The notes beneath the pieces are model-generated. The model saw nothing but the letters and a program-made list of their open reading frames with translations, was not told where the DNA came from and did no database searches. The translations under genes were made by a program, and so were the position numbers. A DNA stretch of 61,205 nucleotides, filler included, from Collodictyon triciliatum (Eukaryota): NCBI GenBank assembly GCA_043381765.1. It is 9 parts of 9 records of this genome, joined end to end, with 100 filler letters (N's around TTAATTAATTAA, not from the genome) between each part and the next. Parts side by side here need not be neighbours in the genome. Positions count along the whole stretch, not along the records: positions 54,501 to 61,205 come from JBHJMP010004299.1; 8 more parts are not named here. One strand, 5' to 3'. Below are positions 59,780 to 61,205 of this stretch, in pieces (the stretch's first letter is position 1; every line of letters begins with the position of its first letter).

Positions 59780-61205
59780 GGTGCGCTGGCACGGATTCTT
59801 CCGTCTCGCTGGGTTGGCGGCTCTCTGCCTCGAGGATTAATCGTTAGCGGAGAAATCCTTGCTTGGCGAGCGGCACGAGTCGCTGATTCAGATAGCAGAG
59901 ATTGACTCAAAAGAAAGAATCAGAAGAGTTACTCAACAGATTGAATCAACAGATTGATTGAAGAGAGTGAATCGTAGCAACGCTCTCTTTCAGAGTCTTT
60001 TCCTTGCCACGCGATCCGCCAAGCACCGGCGGTGTGTTGGGTGTGGGTGAGTCATGCCTGTTTCACTCTCGGATTAGCGCCGGTCTCCTGCAGGCCAGAC
60101 GAGATGGAAAACAGGCGAAATAATCGCCCCGGCGACTAATCCCCGTGAGTGCACTTGTACGAGACTTTTCCCAGTCCCAAGGGTGCTTCTTTGGTTCGGC
60201 CGGTATTATTGTGGTGTTGAACACATTGCTTTGCTAGAAGGATGAGCGAATTTCTCGTTGCCGATTTAAATACCTGGCAAACTCACGCTTTTTTTTCTTT
60301 TCGGGTTCCTTGGACTCTAACCTTTTCTTTATTTGCACACATGCTCCAATTTCTCGGAATTTTCGATGCAGATTAGGAAGTATCAGACGCGAGCGGATTG
60401 CGCCTATTCGGGAATCTAGAATCAAAAATGGTCTTTTTCTTATCCCCTAATCCGCACTTACGCTCTTTTACCCATGACTGGAATTTATGAAAATTAAGTT
60501 AATTTTCCACATATGTTGATCCTTAAGTGGATATATACAATGAAAATACGTTCATTCAGACAGAAATCCACACGAGATAGCACATTTAAACAAACAGCAG
60601 CATATCCAGTACTCGCCATAGTATCCCCAGCCAGGGGACGAAACCACACACAACACGGCAATAGTTCAGCGAATATAACGCATTTGGCAATAATCCGTTG
60701 AAACATCGCATATTTCCGGCGAAAAATTGAAACTGTGCACGAGCTGTGACGTCAAAGATTTCTGCAATAATTCTGAAAAGACAAATCAGGGCAGAATCCG
60801 CTCCAATCCACTTTAGGTATCATTAATTCCTATTATGGCTAATTCAAAGACAATTCTGGAAAAGGGCGATTCGAGCCCCAGCCGTAATGACGCATATCTC
60901 AAAACGCCCTGGCATCGCGGACAACCACCTCACCAAGTTTCTAACAGAATCATCTGGAGGAGCCAGTCACTGACTCCAATTCTTGTCTCTTGTTCGATCT
61001 CTTTCTGCTTATTGCAATTAAAAAGGAGATTCATCACAAACTAACAGATGGTCCAAGCATACGCCATTTTAAATTAACATACGTTGGATGTTTGGAGAAT
61101 CTCGGTCACCTTTCCCCATCACAACCCCTGTTTTTTTTTTTTTTTTTTTTTTATTTTTTTTTTTTTTGTCAATTGCGGGGAAATTTTTGTAAATTAGTCA
61201 TCGAA

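Overview
Eukaryotic nuclear DNA from an AT-rich, intron-dense genome. It is probably a flagellated, mitochondriate protist using the standard genetic code. The window is a draft scaffold: contigs are joined by 100-nt N44-TTAATTAATTAA-N44 spacers, and there are a few plain N gaps. Identifiable genes, many truncated by gaps, are: a macro-WWE-PARP, an N-myristoylated KPIE-repeat protein, a TauE/SafE exporter, a NEK kinase, EXO1, an ALMT/FUSC-type transporter, an axonemal dynein light chain-domain protein, a DUF4062-NACHT pseudogene, a bacterial-type tgt, SCNM1, a GT14 glycosyltransferase, a polycystin-2 channel-SPRY-RasGEF fusion and a SOX-like HMG-box gene. Mobile DNA consists of degenerate L1/Tx1-type LINE pieces and a decayed Fanzor1 (eukaryotic TnpB-like RNA-guided nuclease) followed by a multi-hairpin omegaRNA-like tract. 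Highlights are the Fanzor1 locus, the PKD2-SPRY-RasGEF architecture with an apparent 2-nt microexon, two clear AT-AC minor (U12) introns together with the minor-spliceosome gene SCNM1, and a PARP with a Y-Y-I triad. All exon structures were inferred by eye, and no database searches were run.
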